From Candidatus Nanoarchaeia archaeon (lineage in GTDB: Archaea; Nanobdellota; Nanobdellia; Pacearchaeales; GW2011-AR1), in the NCBI GenBank assembly GCA_028711165.1, contig JAQTST010000001.1:232857-296856 (forward strand): a DNA stretch of 64,000 bases, written 5' to 3'. Numbering within the stretch: position 1 is the stretch's first letter; each line of letters begins with the position of its first letter. The notes under the pieces were generated by a model. The model had not been told where the DNA came from, ran no database searches, and was given only the letters and a program-made list of their open reading frames with translations. The position numbers were made by a program, and so were the translations under genes. Below are positions 1 to 8,643 of this stretch, piece by piece.

Positions 1-118
1 CAATTTTGTTGCCGTCTTCTTTTTCGATTATGACTTTTGAAGCAGGAATTTCTTGCTGGGACATTCCCATCTGTTTCATAACAGCCTGCATTTGTTTTGG
101 ATTAATTCCCGGAAACAT
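1..118 (-). CDS. nac: Nascent polypeptide-associated complex (NAC) alpha-domain protein, N-terminal part only (gene runs off the window start)
   Basis: Reverse complement of 1-118 translates MFPGINPKQMQAVMKQMGMSQQEIPASKVIIEKEDGNKI, the conserved MFPG..NP.QM..MMKQMGM N-terminus of archaeal NAC. The six-frame track misses it because it is truncated by the window edge. Confidence 0.7.
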   Translation of the reverse strand, partial: MFPGINPKQMQAVMKQMGMSQQEIPASKVIIEKEDGNKI

Positions 119-325
119 TTTATTTTATAAAAAACCCGAGCGCGACTCTGAACACGACTATGAGAATGACGAATACGACTATGTGGGTTGGTTTTAAATT
201 GAATTTACTTTCGTATTCTTCCTTGAATTTTACTAAACCGCCCATTCCTGATGGAACATTTACTCCGTCTGCCATATTTTATTTACAAGGATAAGGTATT
301 TAAAAGTTTCTTGATTGTTAGGAAT

Positions 326-2695
326 ATGGCTATAGCTGATGTGAAAAACTGGAATATTGAACTGGAAAAAAAGATTACTGACAAATGGAAAGTATCTGAA
401 TTGTTTAAATTCGATATTAAAACAAAGAAAAAAATTTATTCTATTGACACGCCTCCGCCATATGTTAACGCTCCGATTCATATTGGACAGGCAATAACTT
501 ATTGTTACATGGATTTTTTTGCAAGATATAGACGAATGAAAGGATTTGAAGTAATTTTTCCATTAGGATTAGATAGAAATGGTTTGCCAATTGAAATGGC
601 TGCTGAAAAAGCCTTCGGGGTTTCTCCATTCAGGGATGGGAGAGACAAATTTATTGAAGCATGTAAAAAACTTTTGGAGCAGACTTCTTCAGAAACTCAG
701 GACACTTTTGCAAAACTTGGAATTTCATTTACTTCCTATAAAGAAGGAAATCATGTTGGTGCAGTTTACAAAACAGATTCTCCAGACTATAGGAAAATAA
801 CTCAGGCAACTTTCATAGAACTTTTCAGGAAAGGTTTGATTTACGAAGATAACAGAATAAATAATTGGGATCCTAAACTTCAAACTACAATTGCAGATTC
901 TGAAATTGAATATAAAGATATTCCCTCAACTTTTAATTTTGTTAAGTGGAAAGTTAAGGAAACTGGTGAGGAAATTATTATCGCTACTACAAGACCGGAA
1001 TTAATTTGCACTTGCGGGATGGTTATCTTTAATCCGACAGACAAAAGATATAAACATCTCGAAGGAAAAACTGCAATCTCCCCAATATTTAACAAAGAGA
1101 TTCCTATCAAATCAAATAAAACTGCTGATGTAGAAAAAGGAACAGGTATTGTTATGATGTGTTCTGCTGGAGATTTGTCTGATATCCAATTTTTCAGAGA
1201 ACAAAATCTTGAACCGAAAATTGCGATAAATATCGACGGAACTATGAATGAACATGCCGGAATTTTGGAGGGATTGAAAGTTAAAGACGCAAGAAATAAA
1301 ATTATTGAATTGCTGAAAGAGAAAAAATTATTATCCAGACAAGAACAGATAACTCACAGAACACCTATCTCTGAAAGAAGCGGAGCAGAAATTGAATTTA
1401 TACAAATGCCTGAATTTTATCTGAAGCAAATTGAATTCAAGGATGATATCAGAAAAATTGCTGATAAGATTAATTTCTTTCCTAAAGAAGCAAGAAAAAT
1501 TCTTGATGACTGGCTTGATTCAATCAAGATTGACTGGCCTATTTCACGACGGAGATTTTATGCTACGCCGATTCCTTTATGGATTTCTGGAGAATTAATT
1601 GCTGTAGGAAAATCTGGAGAATATTATGAACCTTGGAAAGAATCTCCTAAAAAAGATTTTGAAGTTTTCAAGAACGGGAAAAAAACAGGTGTAGTTGGAG
1701 ATTTCAAAGATTTAAAATGGGAAGGAGAAACAAGAGTCTTAGACACATGGATGGATTCTTCTATTTCTGAACTTATAATGCTGAAATATAAAACTGATGA
1801 CGAATTTTTTAAGAAATCTTATCCTGCAACTTTGAGACCGCAAGGAAAAGAAATTATCAGAACCTGGCTTTACTATACTTTACTTCGGGGATATCTTGAA
1901 ACCAAAAAACCTTGTTTTAAAGATGTCTGGATTAATCAGCATATCACTGATAAACAAGGATACAAAATGTCAAAGTCAAAAGGGAATGTTGTTGATCCTC
2001 AAAAGCTTTTGAAACTTTACGGAGCAGAAGCAATCAGACTTTGGGCTTCTATTGAGGGAGATTTGTCCAAGCAGGATTTGAAATGTTCTGAAGAAAAAAT
2101 CAGTGCAGAAGTTAAGACTCTGAACAAAATTATTAACGTTGCAAAATTTGTGAATCTTTTTGAAAAGCCTTCGAGAATTAAGTTAACTAATCTGGATAAA
2201 TTATTCGTTGATTATATTGAAGATTTGACTAAGAGAACTGATGAATCTTACGGAAATTATGATTTTTATCATCCTGCTTTAGAGCTTAGAAGATTCTTGT
2301 GGGAAATTTTTGCTTCGCATTATATTGAAATTGTGAAATCAAGAGCATACAACCAAGAGAATAAATTTTCGAAAGAAGAGAGCAATTCAGCGCGTTATAC
2401 TCTTCATTATCTTTTTGAAAGATTTTTAGTTTTAATGTATCCGATTATTCCCCAAATAACTTCAGTAATTGCCGACGACAAAGGAATTAATTTATTGAAA
2501 GAAAAATTTCCTGCGATTGTCAAGACAAAATATGAATTTAACTTAATTGAAAAGATAATAGAATTTAACAGCAATGTCTGGAAAGATAAAAAAGAGAAAG
2601 GAATTAGTTTAAGAAATGAAATTGAAGGAATTAAAATTCCGAAGGAATTAAAAGCTTTTGAGAACGATTTAATTTCTGCACATAATCTAAAATGA
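326..2695 (+). CDS. valS: Class I aminoacyl-tRNA synthetase with editing-domain-sized insert, most likely valyl-tRNA synthetase
   Basis: HIGH motif PPPYVNAPIHIGQA; KMSKS motif KMSKSKGNVVDP; DWPISRRRFYATPIPLW motif. About 790 aa with roughly 500 aa between HIGH and KMSKS, which fits ValRS better than LeuRS or IleRS. Start moved to the internal ATG (MAIADVKNW...) of ORF 251-2695. Confidence 0.6.
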   Translation: MAIADVKNWNIELEKKITDKWKVSELFKFDIKTKKKIYSIDTPPPYVNAPIHIGQAITYCYMDFFARYRRMKGFEVIFPLGLDRNGLPIEMAAEKAFGVSPFRDGRDKFIEACKKLLEQTSSETQDTFAKLGISFTSYKEGNHVGAVYKTDSPDYRKITQATFIELFRKGLIYEDNRINNWDPKLQTTIADSEIEYKDIPSTFNFVKWKVKETGEEIIIATTRPELICTCGMVIFNPTDKRYKHLEGKTAISPIFNKEIPIKSNKTADVEKGTGIVMMCSAGDLSDIQFFREQNLEPKIAINIDGTMNEHAGILEGLKVKDARNKIIELLKEKKLLSRQEQITHRTPISERSGAEIEFIQMPEFYLKQIEFKDDIRKIADKINFFPKEARKILDDWLDSIKIDWPISRRRFYATPIPLWISGELIAVGKSGEYYEPWKESPKKDFEVFKNGKKTGVVGDFKDLKWEGETRVLDTWMDSSISELIMLKYKTDDEFFKKSYPATLRPQGKEIIRTWLYYTLLRGYLETKKPCFKDVWINQHITDKQGYKMSKSKGNVVDPQKLLKLYGAEAIRLWASIEGDLSKQDLKCSEEKISAEVKTLNKIINVAKFVNLFEKPSRIKLTNLDKLFVDYIEDLTKRTDESYGNYDFYHPALELRRFLWEIFASHYIEIVKSRAYNQENKFSKEESNSARYTLHYLFERFLVLMYPIIPQITSVIADDKGINLLKEKFPAIVKTKYEFNLIEKIIEFNSNVWKDKKEKGISLRNEIEGIKIPKELKAFENDLISAHNLK

Positions 2696-3786
2696 AAATA
2701 ACTCTTGATGAACTTAGGGAGAAAGTCACAGAACTTGAAAGCCACAAAGGACGGCATACAGAACTGATAAGCGTTTACATTCCTGCGGGATACGACGTGA
2801 ATTCTGTTCAGAGGCAACTTGAAGCTGAAAAATCAACTGCGAAAAATATCAAATCCACGACGACGAGAAATAATGTTACTGAAGCACTTGAAAAAATTGT
2901 CCGTTATCTTAAAGGTTTGAAGAAGACACCTGAAAATGGTTTGGTTTTATTCTCGGGAAATATTTCTAAGGTTGAGGGGCAGATGGATTTGCAGTTGTGG
3001 GACATTGAACCGCCGACAATACTAAGGAACCGACTTTACAGATGCGACAAGGATTTTGTTCTTGAACCTTTGAGAGAGATGCTTGAAGTTTCGGAAATTT
3101 TCGGGCTTCTTGTCATGGACAGAAAAGAGGCGACAATAGGAATGCTCGAGGGAAAACGAATTGAAGTATTTCAAAAAATGACGTCGGGGGTTCCGAGCAA
3201 AGTCAGGGCGGGGGGGCAATCGAGCCAAAGATTTCACAGAATAACTGAAGGACTGACAAAAGAATTTTACAAGAGAATTGCTGAAGAGATGAAAAAAATA
3301 TTTTATGACATGCCAAAATTAAAAGGAATTTTAATCGGTGGGCCTATTCCTACAAAAGACGAATTTATCGACGGAGAATATTTGCCGACGAAGTTGAGAG
3401 AAAAAGTCATCGGCAGAATTGATATTGGTGATTCTGATGAAGCAGGGCTAAAAGAACTTGTTGAAAAATCCAGAGATTTATTGGTCGGGCAGGAAATTGT
3501 TGCAGAGAAAAAAATTCTGGAGAAATTTTTTGAGACTCTCGGGGAAAAACCTGACTTGGCTTTTTACAAGGTGGCTGATGTGAGAAAAGCACTGCAATAT
3601 GGTGCTGTTGAAACTCTGATTTTATCGAAGGCATTTGACAAAAAAACCATGAAAGAATTTTCAGAGCTGGCAGAGAATATTGGCTCTAATATTGAAGTTG
3701 TTTCTACTGAGACGACAGAAGGAGAGCAGTTCAATAATCTCTCTGGCGTCGGTGCTATTTTGAGATACAAAGTTCAACCCGCATAA
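2692..3786 (+). CDS. prf1: Peptide chain release factor aRF1
   Basis: NIKS motif (TAKNIKSTTTRNNV) and GGQ motif (VRAGGQSSQRF). The start overlaps the valS stop by 4 nt (ATGA). Confidence 0.85.
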   Translation: MKITLDELREKVTELESHKGRHTELISVYIPAGYDVNSVQRQLEAEKSTAKNIKSTTTRNNVTEALEKIVRYLKGLKKTPENGLVLFSGNISKVEGQMDLQLWDIEPPTILRNRLYRCDKDFVLEPLREMLEVSEIFGLLVMDRKEATIGMLEGKRIEVFQKMTSGVPSKVRAGGQSSQRFHRITEGLTKEFYKRIAEEMKKIFYDMPKLKGILIGGPIPTKDEFIDGEYLPTKLREKVIGRIDIGDSDEAGLKELVEKSRDLLVGQEIVAEKKILEKFFETLGEKPDLAFYKVADVRKALQYGAVETLILSKAFDKKTMKEFSELAENIGSNIEVVSTETTEGEQFNNLSGVGAILRYKVQPA

Positions 3787-3818
3787 TTTTTTAAACTCTC
3801 TAAATAAAGTATTCTTCT

Positions 3819-4118
3819 ATGATTAATTTTATTTATTACCAACACGATGCAACATTTTTTGAGATTTTGATGAAATTATATGGTTCAGATAAGCCAATTC
3901 CTTCCTCTAACCTTGCGGAACAATCGTTAATAGATGGAAAAAATTTATTCGCTTATACCACTTTTTTAATAGAAAGAGGATTAGTTGAAACTCCCCAAAT
4001 TTTTCATACTGGTCATAAGTCTCATCAATTTTTTAGGTTATCTGATTCAGGAAAAAAATTAGTTGAGAAAATTATAAAACAATTTCCTGTAAGGGGAATA
4101 GATTTGGAAAACATTTAA
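3819..4118 (+). CDS. Hypothetical small protein
   Basis: 99-aa ORF, compact spacing, no recognisable motif. Confidence 0.3.
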   Translation: MINFIYYQHDATFFEILMKLYGSDKPIPSSNLAEQSLIDGKNLFAYTTFLIERGLVETPQIFHTGHKSHQFFRLSDSGKKLVEKIIKQFPVRGIDLENI

Positions 4119-4142
4119 AATATTCTTTCTTTATCCTTATAT

Positions 4143-4685
4143 ATGAACCCGACAAGCAGGACTTTGGAGGAAATCGACGAGGCTCGCGAGAAAGAGGATT
4201 TGAAAAAACTCGAAGCTGTTTTTTTCGTGGCTGCGCGATTTCTCAACATGCAGGAACTTATTTCACTGACAGATTTGAATCCGATAATCCTCGAAGAGCT
4301 TATTGAAAAACTTCAGGACAAATACGAGAGAGAAGATTCTGCGATTGAGATTATCGAGAAAAACAAAATGTGGAAAATGGACGTGAAGCCCGCATACCAT
4401 AATATTATCAACAAACTTGCGGGCGGGAAATCTGAATTCTCGAAGGCAGAACAGGAAACCCTTGCAATAATTGCTTACAAGCAGCCGATAAAACAATCCG
4501 TCATAATAAAAATAAGAGGAAACAAGGCTTACGACCATATCAAAAAATTTGAAGATTTGGAGCTAATCAAAAAGAAAAGAGTCGGGCACACCCACGAACT
4601 TTCAATCAGCGACGACTTTTATGATTATTTTACTTTTCAGGAAAATTCTTCGGGTGGAAATGCACCACAAGAATCTTTAAAATAA
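4143..4685 (+). CDS. scpB: Segregation and condensation protein B (ScpB)
   Basis: LEAVFFVAARFLNMQEL and AEQETLAIIAYKQPIKQSVIIKIRG match the two winged-helix repeats of ScpB. Confidence 0.7.
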   Translation: MNPTSRTLEEIDEAREKEDLKKLEAVFFVAARFLNMQELISLTDLNPIILEELIEKLQDKYEREDSAIEIIEKNKMWKMDVKPAYHNIINKLAGGKSEFSKAEQETLAIIAYKQPIKQSVIIKIRGNKAYDHIKKFEDLELIKKKRVGHTHELSISDDFYDYFTFQENSSGGNAPQESLK

Positions 4686-4815
4686 GAACCACCTGCGGGT
4701 TTCCTAATACCTCCTGCGTCCCAGCAGGAAGCTGAACTAAGAACCCAAGGTTCCTAATACCTCCTATGAATATTTTCGCTGTTAGCGACTGGAATCAATC
4801 CAAGGTTCCTAATAC
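4685..4815. repeat. Three tandemly spaced copies (about 51 and 58 bp apart) of a short motif AAGAACC.AGGTTCCTAATACCTCC(T), plus a GC hairpin CCTGCGTCCCAGCAGG
   Basis: Copies at 4685-4715 (gaaccacctgcgggtttcctaatacctcct), 4736-4766 (ctaagaacccaaggttcctaatacctcct) and 4795-4815 (aatccaaggttcctaatac). The same motif recurs at 25137-25160. Confidence 0.6.
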
Positions 4816-4865
4816 TTTTCTATTATTATAAGAATCTTTAAAAATAACAATCTCGGAATAGTGAA

Positions 4866-6089
4866 ATGGAGATTCTCTCGATTATTTACCTTTTCTACAT
4901 GTTTGTGTCGATTTATTTTCTTGCCTTTTTTTTAATTTTATATTTCAACAACAAAAAAACTTTATTTGATTTCCCAGCCACCCAGAAAAAATATTCAATT
5001 TCTGTTCTTGTTCCTGCATATAATGAACAGGCAACGCTGAGAGAGACAATCGAGGCGATTTTTGATATTGATTATCCGATTAAAGAAGTTATTATTTTGA
5101 ATGACGGCTCTACTGACAGAACGAGAGAAATCTCTGAGGAGCTTTTGAAAAAATTTCCCAAACTGAAATTAGTTAATAAAGAGAATTCAGGAAAAGGAGA
5201 TTCTCTTAATCAGGGAATTAAAATGGCTAAAGGAGAATTGGTTGTGGTTGTCGACGCTGACAGCTATCCTGCGAAAGATTCATTCGGAAAACTTGTCGGA
5301 TATTTTGACGACGAGAAAGTCGGGGGAGTTACCTGTTTTTTTGCCCCGAGAAACAAGAATACCTTTCTGGAAAAAATGCAGGTTATAGAGTACAATGTAA
5401 TTGCTCTCGTGAGAAAACTTCTTGGTTATGTCGACGGTGTTTATGTAACTCCCGGACCTCTGGCAATGTACAGAAAAACTGCGCTTGAGAAAATAAATGG
5501 TTTTGATTCGAAGAATATGACAGAAGATATTGAAATTGCCTGGAATCTCACCAATGCAGGATACGAAAGAAAAATGTGCCTTGCGACAAATGCAACGACG
5601 ACAGTTCCTAACAAATGGAAAGCGTGGTATATTCAGAGAAGAAGATGGGATATTGGTGGAATTCAATGCATCGCGAAATATAAAAAAGAATTTTTGAAAA
5701 AAGGAATGCTCGGAATGTTCATAATTCCTTTTTTTGTATTCACTCTTTTTATTGGTGTTCTTGGACTTGGTGTTTTTGCTTATTTATTTGTTACGAAAAT
5801 TATATCAAATTATCTGCTTGTGACATACTCTATTCCTGTCGGAGTTCCTATACTTACCATGGAAGATATTTTTATCACCCCGAGTTTTTTAAACTATCTC
5901 GGGATAATTTTATTTTTTGTCGGACTTGCGTTTACAATTATGGTATTATACACAATGAAAGAGAGTATACTGAAGAAACAAAATATTTTTAATATTATTA
6001 TCTATTCTCTTGTTTATCTTTCGGTTTATCCGTTTATTATAATCAGTGCAATATACAATTATTTTAAAAGGAACACGAAGTGGAGATAA
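4866..6089 (+). CDS. Family 2 glycosyltransferase, processive type, with C-terminal transmembrane region
   Basis: VLVPAYNE, ILNDGSTD, VVVDADS (DxD) and QRRRWDIGG (QxxRW) motifs. Multiple hydrophobic helices at the C-terminus. Confidence 0.75.
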   Translation: MEILSIIYLFYMFVSIYFLAFFLILYFNNKKTLFDFPATQKKYSISVLVPAYNEQATLRETIEAIFDIDYPIKEVIILNDGSTDRTREISEELLKKFPKLKLVNKENSGKGDSLNQGIKMAKGELVVVVDADSYPAKDSFGKLVGYFDDEKVGGVTCFFAPRNKNTFLEKMQVIEYNVIALVRKLLGYVDGVYVTPGPLAMYRKTALEKINGFDSKNMTEDIEIAWNLTNAGYERKMCLATNATTTVPNKWKAWYIQRRRWDIGGIQCIAKYKKEFLKKGMLGMFIIPFFVFTLFIGVLGLGVFAYLFVTKIISNYLLVTYSIPVGVPILTMEDIFITPSFLNYLGIILFFVGLAFTIMVLYTMKESILKKQNIFNIIIYSLVYLSVYPFIIISAIYNYFKRNTKWR

Positions 6090-6090
6090 T

Positions 6091-6750
6091 ATGCTGATAC
6101 ATCATCAAAAGAGGATTTTTTTGTACGCCCTTATTTTGACTTTTTTCGTTTTCAACTTGGGGATTTTCATGGGGTATATGCTTGAATCGTCGAGGATAGA
6201 CAAAATAAATAATTTATATCTTGAAACTGAAACAGAACTGCTGGACCAAATAACGCAAAAAGATGCAATTGAAATGCTTAATCTTGACTGCGATACTCTT
6301 GTCGAGGAAAATATAAAATTCGGAGACAAAATTTTCGAAGAAGCATTGCTCATACAAAAATACGAGGACGCTAACCGGATTAATGATAATATAGTTTTTC
6401 AGCATAAGAGATTTGATTTGCTGAGAGCATTGTTCTGGATAAACAGCATTAAAATACAGCAGAAATGCAGTCCTAATTATCACAATATTGTTTATTTTTA
6501 CAAATACAACAACCCTTCAATTGAACAGGAATCGAAACAGAAATTTTTCTCTAATCTTCTGCAGGAACTGAAGGCAGAGAAAGGCGACGATATAATGTTG
6601 ATTCCTATCGCTGCTGACAATGATATCCCTTCAATTAATCTTTTAGTTGACAAGTATAAAATTGATACGCTTCCGACGATTTTGGTTGATGAAGAAATTT
6701 TGATGACTGAAGTTGAAAAAAGAGAAGACATAGAGAAATATCTTGATTAA
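6091..6750 (+). CDS. Hypothetical protein with N-terminal membrane anchor
   Basis: Internal ATG (MLIHHQKRIFLYALILTFFVFNLGIFMGY) starts immediately after the GT2 stop. No conserved motif recognised. Confidence 0.35.
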   Translation: MLIHHQKRIFLYALILTFFVFNLGIFMGYMLESSRIDKINNLYLETETELLDQITQKDAIEMLNLDCDTLVEENIKFGDKIFEEALLIQKYEDANRINDNIVFQHKRFDLLRALFWINSIKIQQKCSPNYHNIVYFYKYNNPSIEQESKQKFFSNLLQELKAEKGDDIMLIPIAADNDIPSINLLVDKYKIDTLPTILVDEEILMTEVEKREDIEKYLD

Positions 6751-6846
6751 TTATATAAATCCTTAAAAAGTATTTTCTTTTCCAGTTAGCATGTCAAGAC
6801 TGCAAACAGGAAGTTCGGGTTCATCACGTCAACAGGAGTTTGTCAA

Positions 6847-7614
6847 ATGAATGAATGTTTCAGGTGCGGGGTTTCGGGCGAAAGAGTGAGGCTGCACGAC
6901 GCTATTTCTAATAAAGGAATCGTAAAAGTCTGCAGTGACTGCGCGAACATAGAAAAAATTCCCATCATAAACAAACCTACTGAAAATCAAATAAAAGAAG
7001 CTCAGAGGCACAGGACAGTTCACGAGAGGCTTGTTGGGGTTGGGCTTGGAAAAAAATTGACGACGAGTCATGAAACTACCTTGAGAGATTTAGTAGACCA
7101 GAAATTCAAAAACAGAGGAGTTCAAAGTCATCCTGATTTGATTGAAAATTTTCACTGGAAAATTCAGCAGGTAAGAAGAGCGAAAAGAATAACCCGAGAA
7201 GAATTTATTAGGGGAATTGGAGAATCTGATGCGACAGTCAAAATGGTTGAGCAGGGATTTTTGCCTTCTAATGATTACAAAATTATTAACAAGATTGAAG
7301 GATTTTTAGGAATAAATCTTAGAAAAGCAGGGACTTCTGGATTTCCTGACACTTCAAAGTACAGCCTTGATTCTTCTATGAATAAAGAAGAGAAAAAATT
7401 ATCTTTTGATCCTGATTCAGTAAAGAACCTGAAAATTGAGGACTTGAAGGAGATGGATAAAAAAGTTGAGAAAAGCCAGAGAGGACTGTTTTCATTTTTT
7501 AAGAAAAAAGAAAAAAAAGTTGAGGAGGAATTTAAACCGATAGAAGGTTTTGAAGAAGAATATCCTCAGGATGATGAAAGGTTTTTAGATGAGGAGTTTG
7601 AAGAAGAAAAATGA
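6847..7614 (+). CDS. aMBF1-like transcription cofactor (N-terminal zinc ribbon plus HTH) with long Glu/Lys-rich C-terminal tail
   Basis: CFRCGVSGERVRLHDAISNKGIVKVCSDCA zinc ribbon; Cro/C1-like HTH ITREEFIRGIGESDATVKMVEQGFLPSNDYKIINKIEGFLGINL; acidic tail ...EEEFKPIEGFEEEYPQDDERFLDEEFEEEK. Confidence 0.5.
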   Translation: MNECFRCGVSGERVRLHDAISNKGIVKVCSDCANIEKIPIINKPTENQIKEAQRHRTVHERLVGVGLGKKLTTSHETTLRDLVDQKFKNRGVQSHPDLIENFHWKIQQVRRAKRITREEFIRGIGESDATVKMVEQGFLPSNDYKIINKIEGFLGINLRKAGTSGFPDTSKYSLDSSMNKEEKKLSFDPDSVKNLKIEDLKEMDKKVEKSQRGLFSFFKKKEKKVEEEFKPIEGFEEEYPQDDERFLDEEFEEEK

Positions 7615-7805
7615 CAACATTAGATGATTCCTTTAATTACAAACTTTGTGAATGCGGAAATTACGTTGAAGATGTCAGTTCTCCTATTGATTCTTTACCA
7701 ATCTGCAGAAATTGCCGTGGGCTTCATAAGTTTTATTATAATTCTATGAAAAAAGAATATGAAGAGAATTTGAAGAAGAAAAATGACAATCGAAAAAATT
7801 GCTAA
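7611..7805 (+). CDS. Small Cys-containing hypothetical protein
   Basis: 64 aa with CECG...CRNCRG zinc-ribbon-like spacing. Start context is identical to the next small ORF. Confidence 0.3.
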   Translation: MTTLDDSFNYKLCECGNYVEDVSSPIDSLPICRNCRGLHKFYYNSMKKEYEENLKKKNDNRKNC

Positions 7806-8061
7806 TAAATATAAGAAAAGGTTTCATCCAGATGAAGTTTGGGCAAATATTGAAATGGATGAGCTGAGGAGAAAAGAATGCCTTTGCATTAATTGTGAAA
7901 GAAAAAATGATAAACCCCCTTATAGTTCATGTCCTATCGCAAAGAAGCTATATGGAATATGCAAGGAATACGATATGGCTATTGCAGTTACAAGATGCGG
8001 GGCAACAGATACTGAAATAAATCTTCTCTACCTTCCATTAACTACTTCAAAAGATCAATAA
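7783..8061 (+). CDS. Small Cys-rich hypothetical protein
   Basis: 92 aa with CLCINC...CPIA...C...C. No family recognised. Confidence 0.3.
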   Translation: MTIEKIANKYKKRFHPDEVWANIEMDELRRKECLCINCERKNDKPPYSSCPIAKKLYGICKEYDMAIAVTRCGATDTEINLLYLPLTTSKDQ

Positions 8062-8065
8062 GGAA

Positions 8066-8147
8066 ACTTTTATAAACTATTTTTCTGAATTCATACTATG
8101 ACAGAACAAAGTTCAGCACAGATACAAAATCAAGGAGATTTTGCATA
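8066..8147 (+). promoter_or_regulatory. rpoL promoter and leader: TATA-like box cttttataaa (8066-8075) followed by a roughly 50-nt leader from about 8098
   Basis: AT-rich TATA-like element about 27 bp upstream of the point where a conserved leader sequence begins. The leader plus gene start is duplicated at 45014-45085. Confidence 0.4.
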
Positions 8148-8411
8148 ATGGAAATTAATGTTCTTAAATCTGAGAAAGACGAGATTGAATTTGAAATTGA
8201 AAGCCTTACTTTAGCAGAGATTTTGAGAGTTTATCTTAACAAAGATTCTGCTGTGACTTTTGCGGCCTGGAAAAGAGAGCATCCTACAAAAAAGCCTATT
8301 ATGTCTGTGAAGACAAAAGGCAAGACAGCAAAGAAAGCAATTGACGACGCTGTTTCTGCAATCACCAAAGATTTGGACAGAGTTGAGAAAGACTTTGACA
8401 AGATATTATAA
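8148..8411 (+). CDS. rpoL: DNA-directed RNA polymerase subunit L (Rpo11)
   Basis: MEINVLKSEKDEIEFEIESLTLAEILRVYLNKDSAVTFAAWKREHP matches the RpoL/Rpb11 fold pattern (NE.EF.L.GEDHTL.N.LR..L..D..V.FA.YK..HP). Confidence 0.75.
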   Translation: MEINVLKSEKDEIEFEIESLTLAEILRVYLNKDSAVTFAAWKREHPTKKPIMSVKTKGKTAKKAIDDAVSAITKDLDRVEKDFDKIL

Positions 8412-8643
8412 TCATATTTATTAATTCTTGATTTACTTTTTTATTCTGGATATTCGGTAATTTGGTGTGGATACTTCTGCAGTAAACTGGTTCATAGTTC
8501 TATTTGGCGGGAAAAGGAATAAAGAACTTGCCATGTTCTGCGGATATCATACTGAATTGTATAAATATTACAGATATGAATTTTGAGGCAAACAAGAGGC
8601 CGTTTCCATTTTCGAAAATTGGAAGAATGAGCAGTTTGGATAA

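Noticed and set aside
6-197. Plus-strand 63-aa ORF at the window start
   Set aside because: It is antisense to the clearly recognisable NAC N-terminus encoded on the minus strand (1-118). It has no motif of its own.
251-325. First 25 codons of the long ORF for the aminoacyl-tRNA synthetase
   Set aside because: The N-terminal MEHLLRLPYFIYKDKVFKSFLIVRN has no counterpart in class I synthetases. The internal Met (MAIADVKNWNIELEKKITDKW) matches typical ValRS/LeuRS starts, so the start was moved to 326.
4685-4715. Fragment of a 16S rRNA gene 3' end
   Set aside because: Only about 25 nt resemble the SSU 3' terminus (GAACC..CTGCGG...ACCTCCT). No upstream rRNA-like sequence exists, since scpB ends at 4685. 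Treated as a resemblance worth checking, not an rRNA feature.
4685-4815. Possible CRISPR array (three repeats with about 51-58 bp spacing)
   Set aside because: There are only three imperfect copies, with variable length and sequence, no cas genes nearby, and the same motif embedded in a different repeat at 25125-25200. It is better explained as a dispersed repeat.
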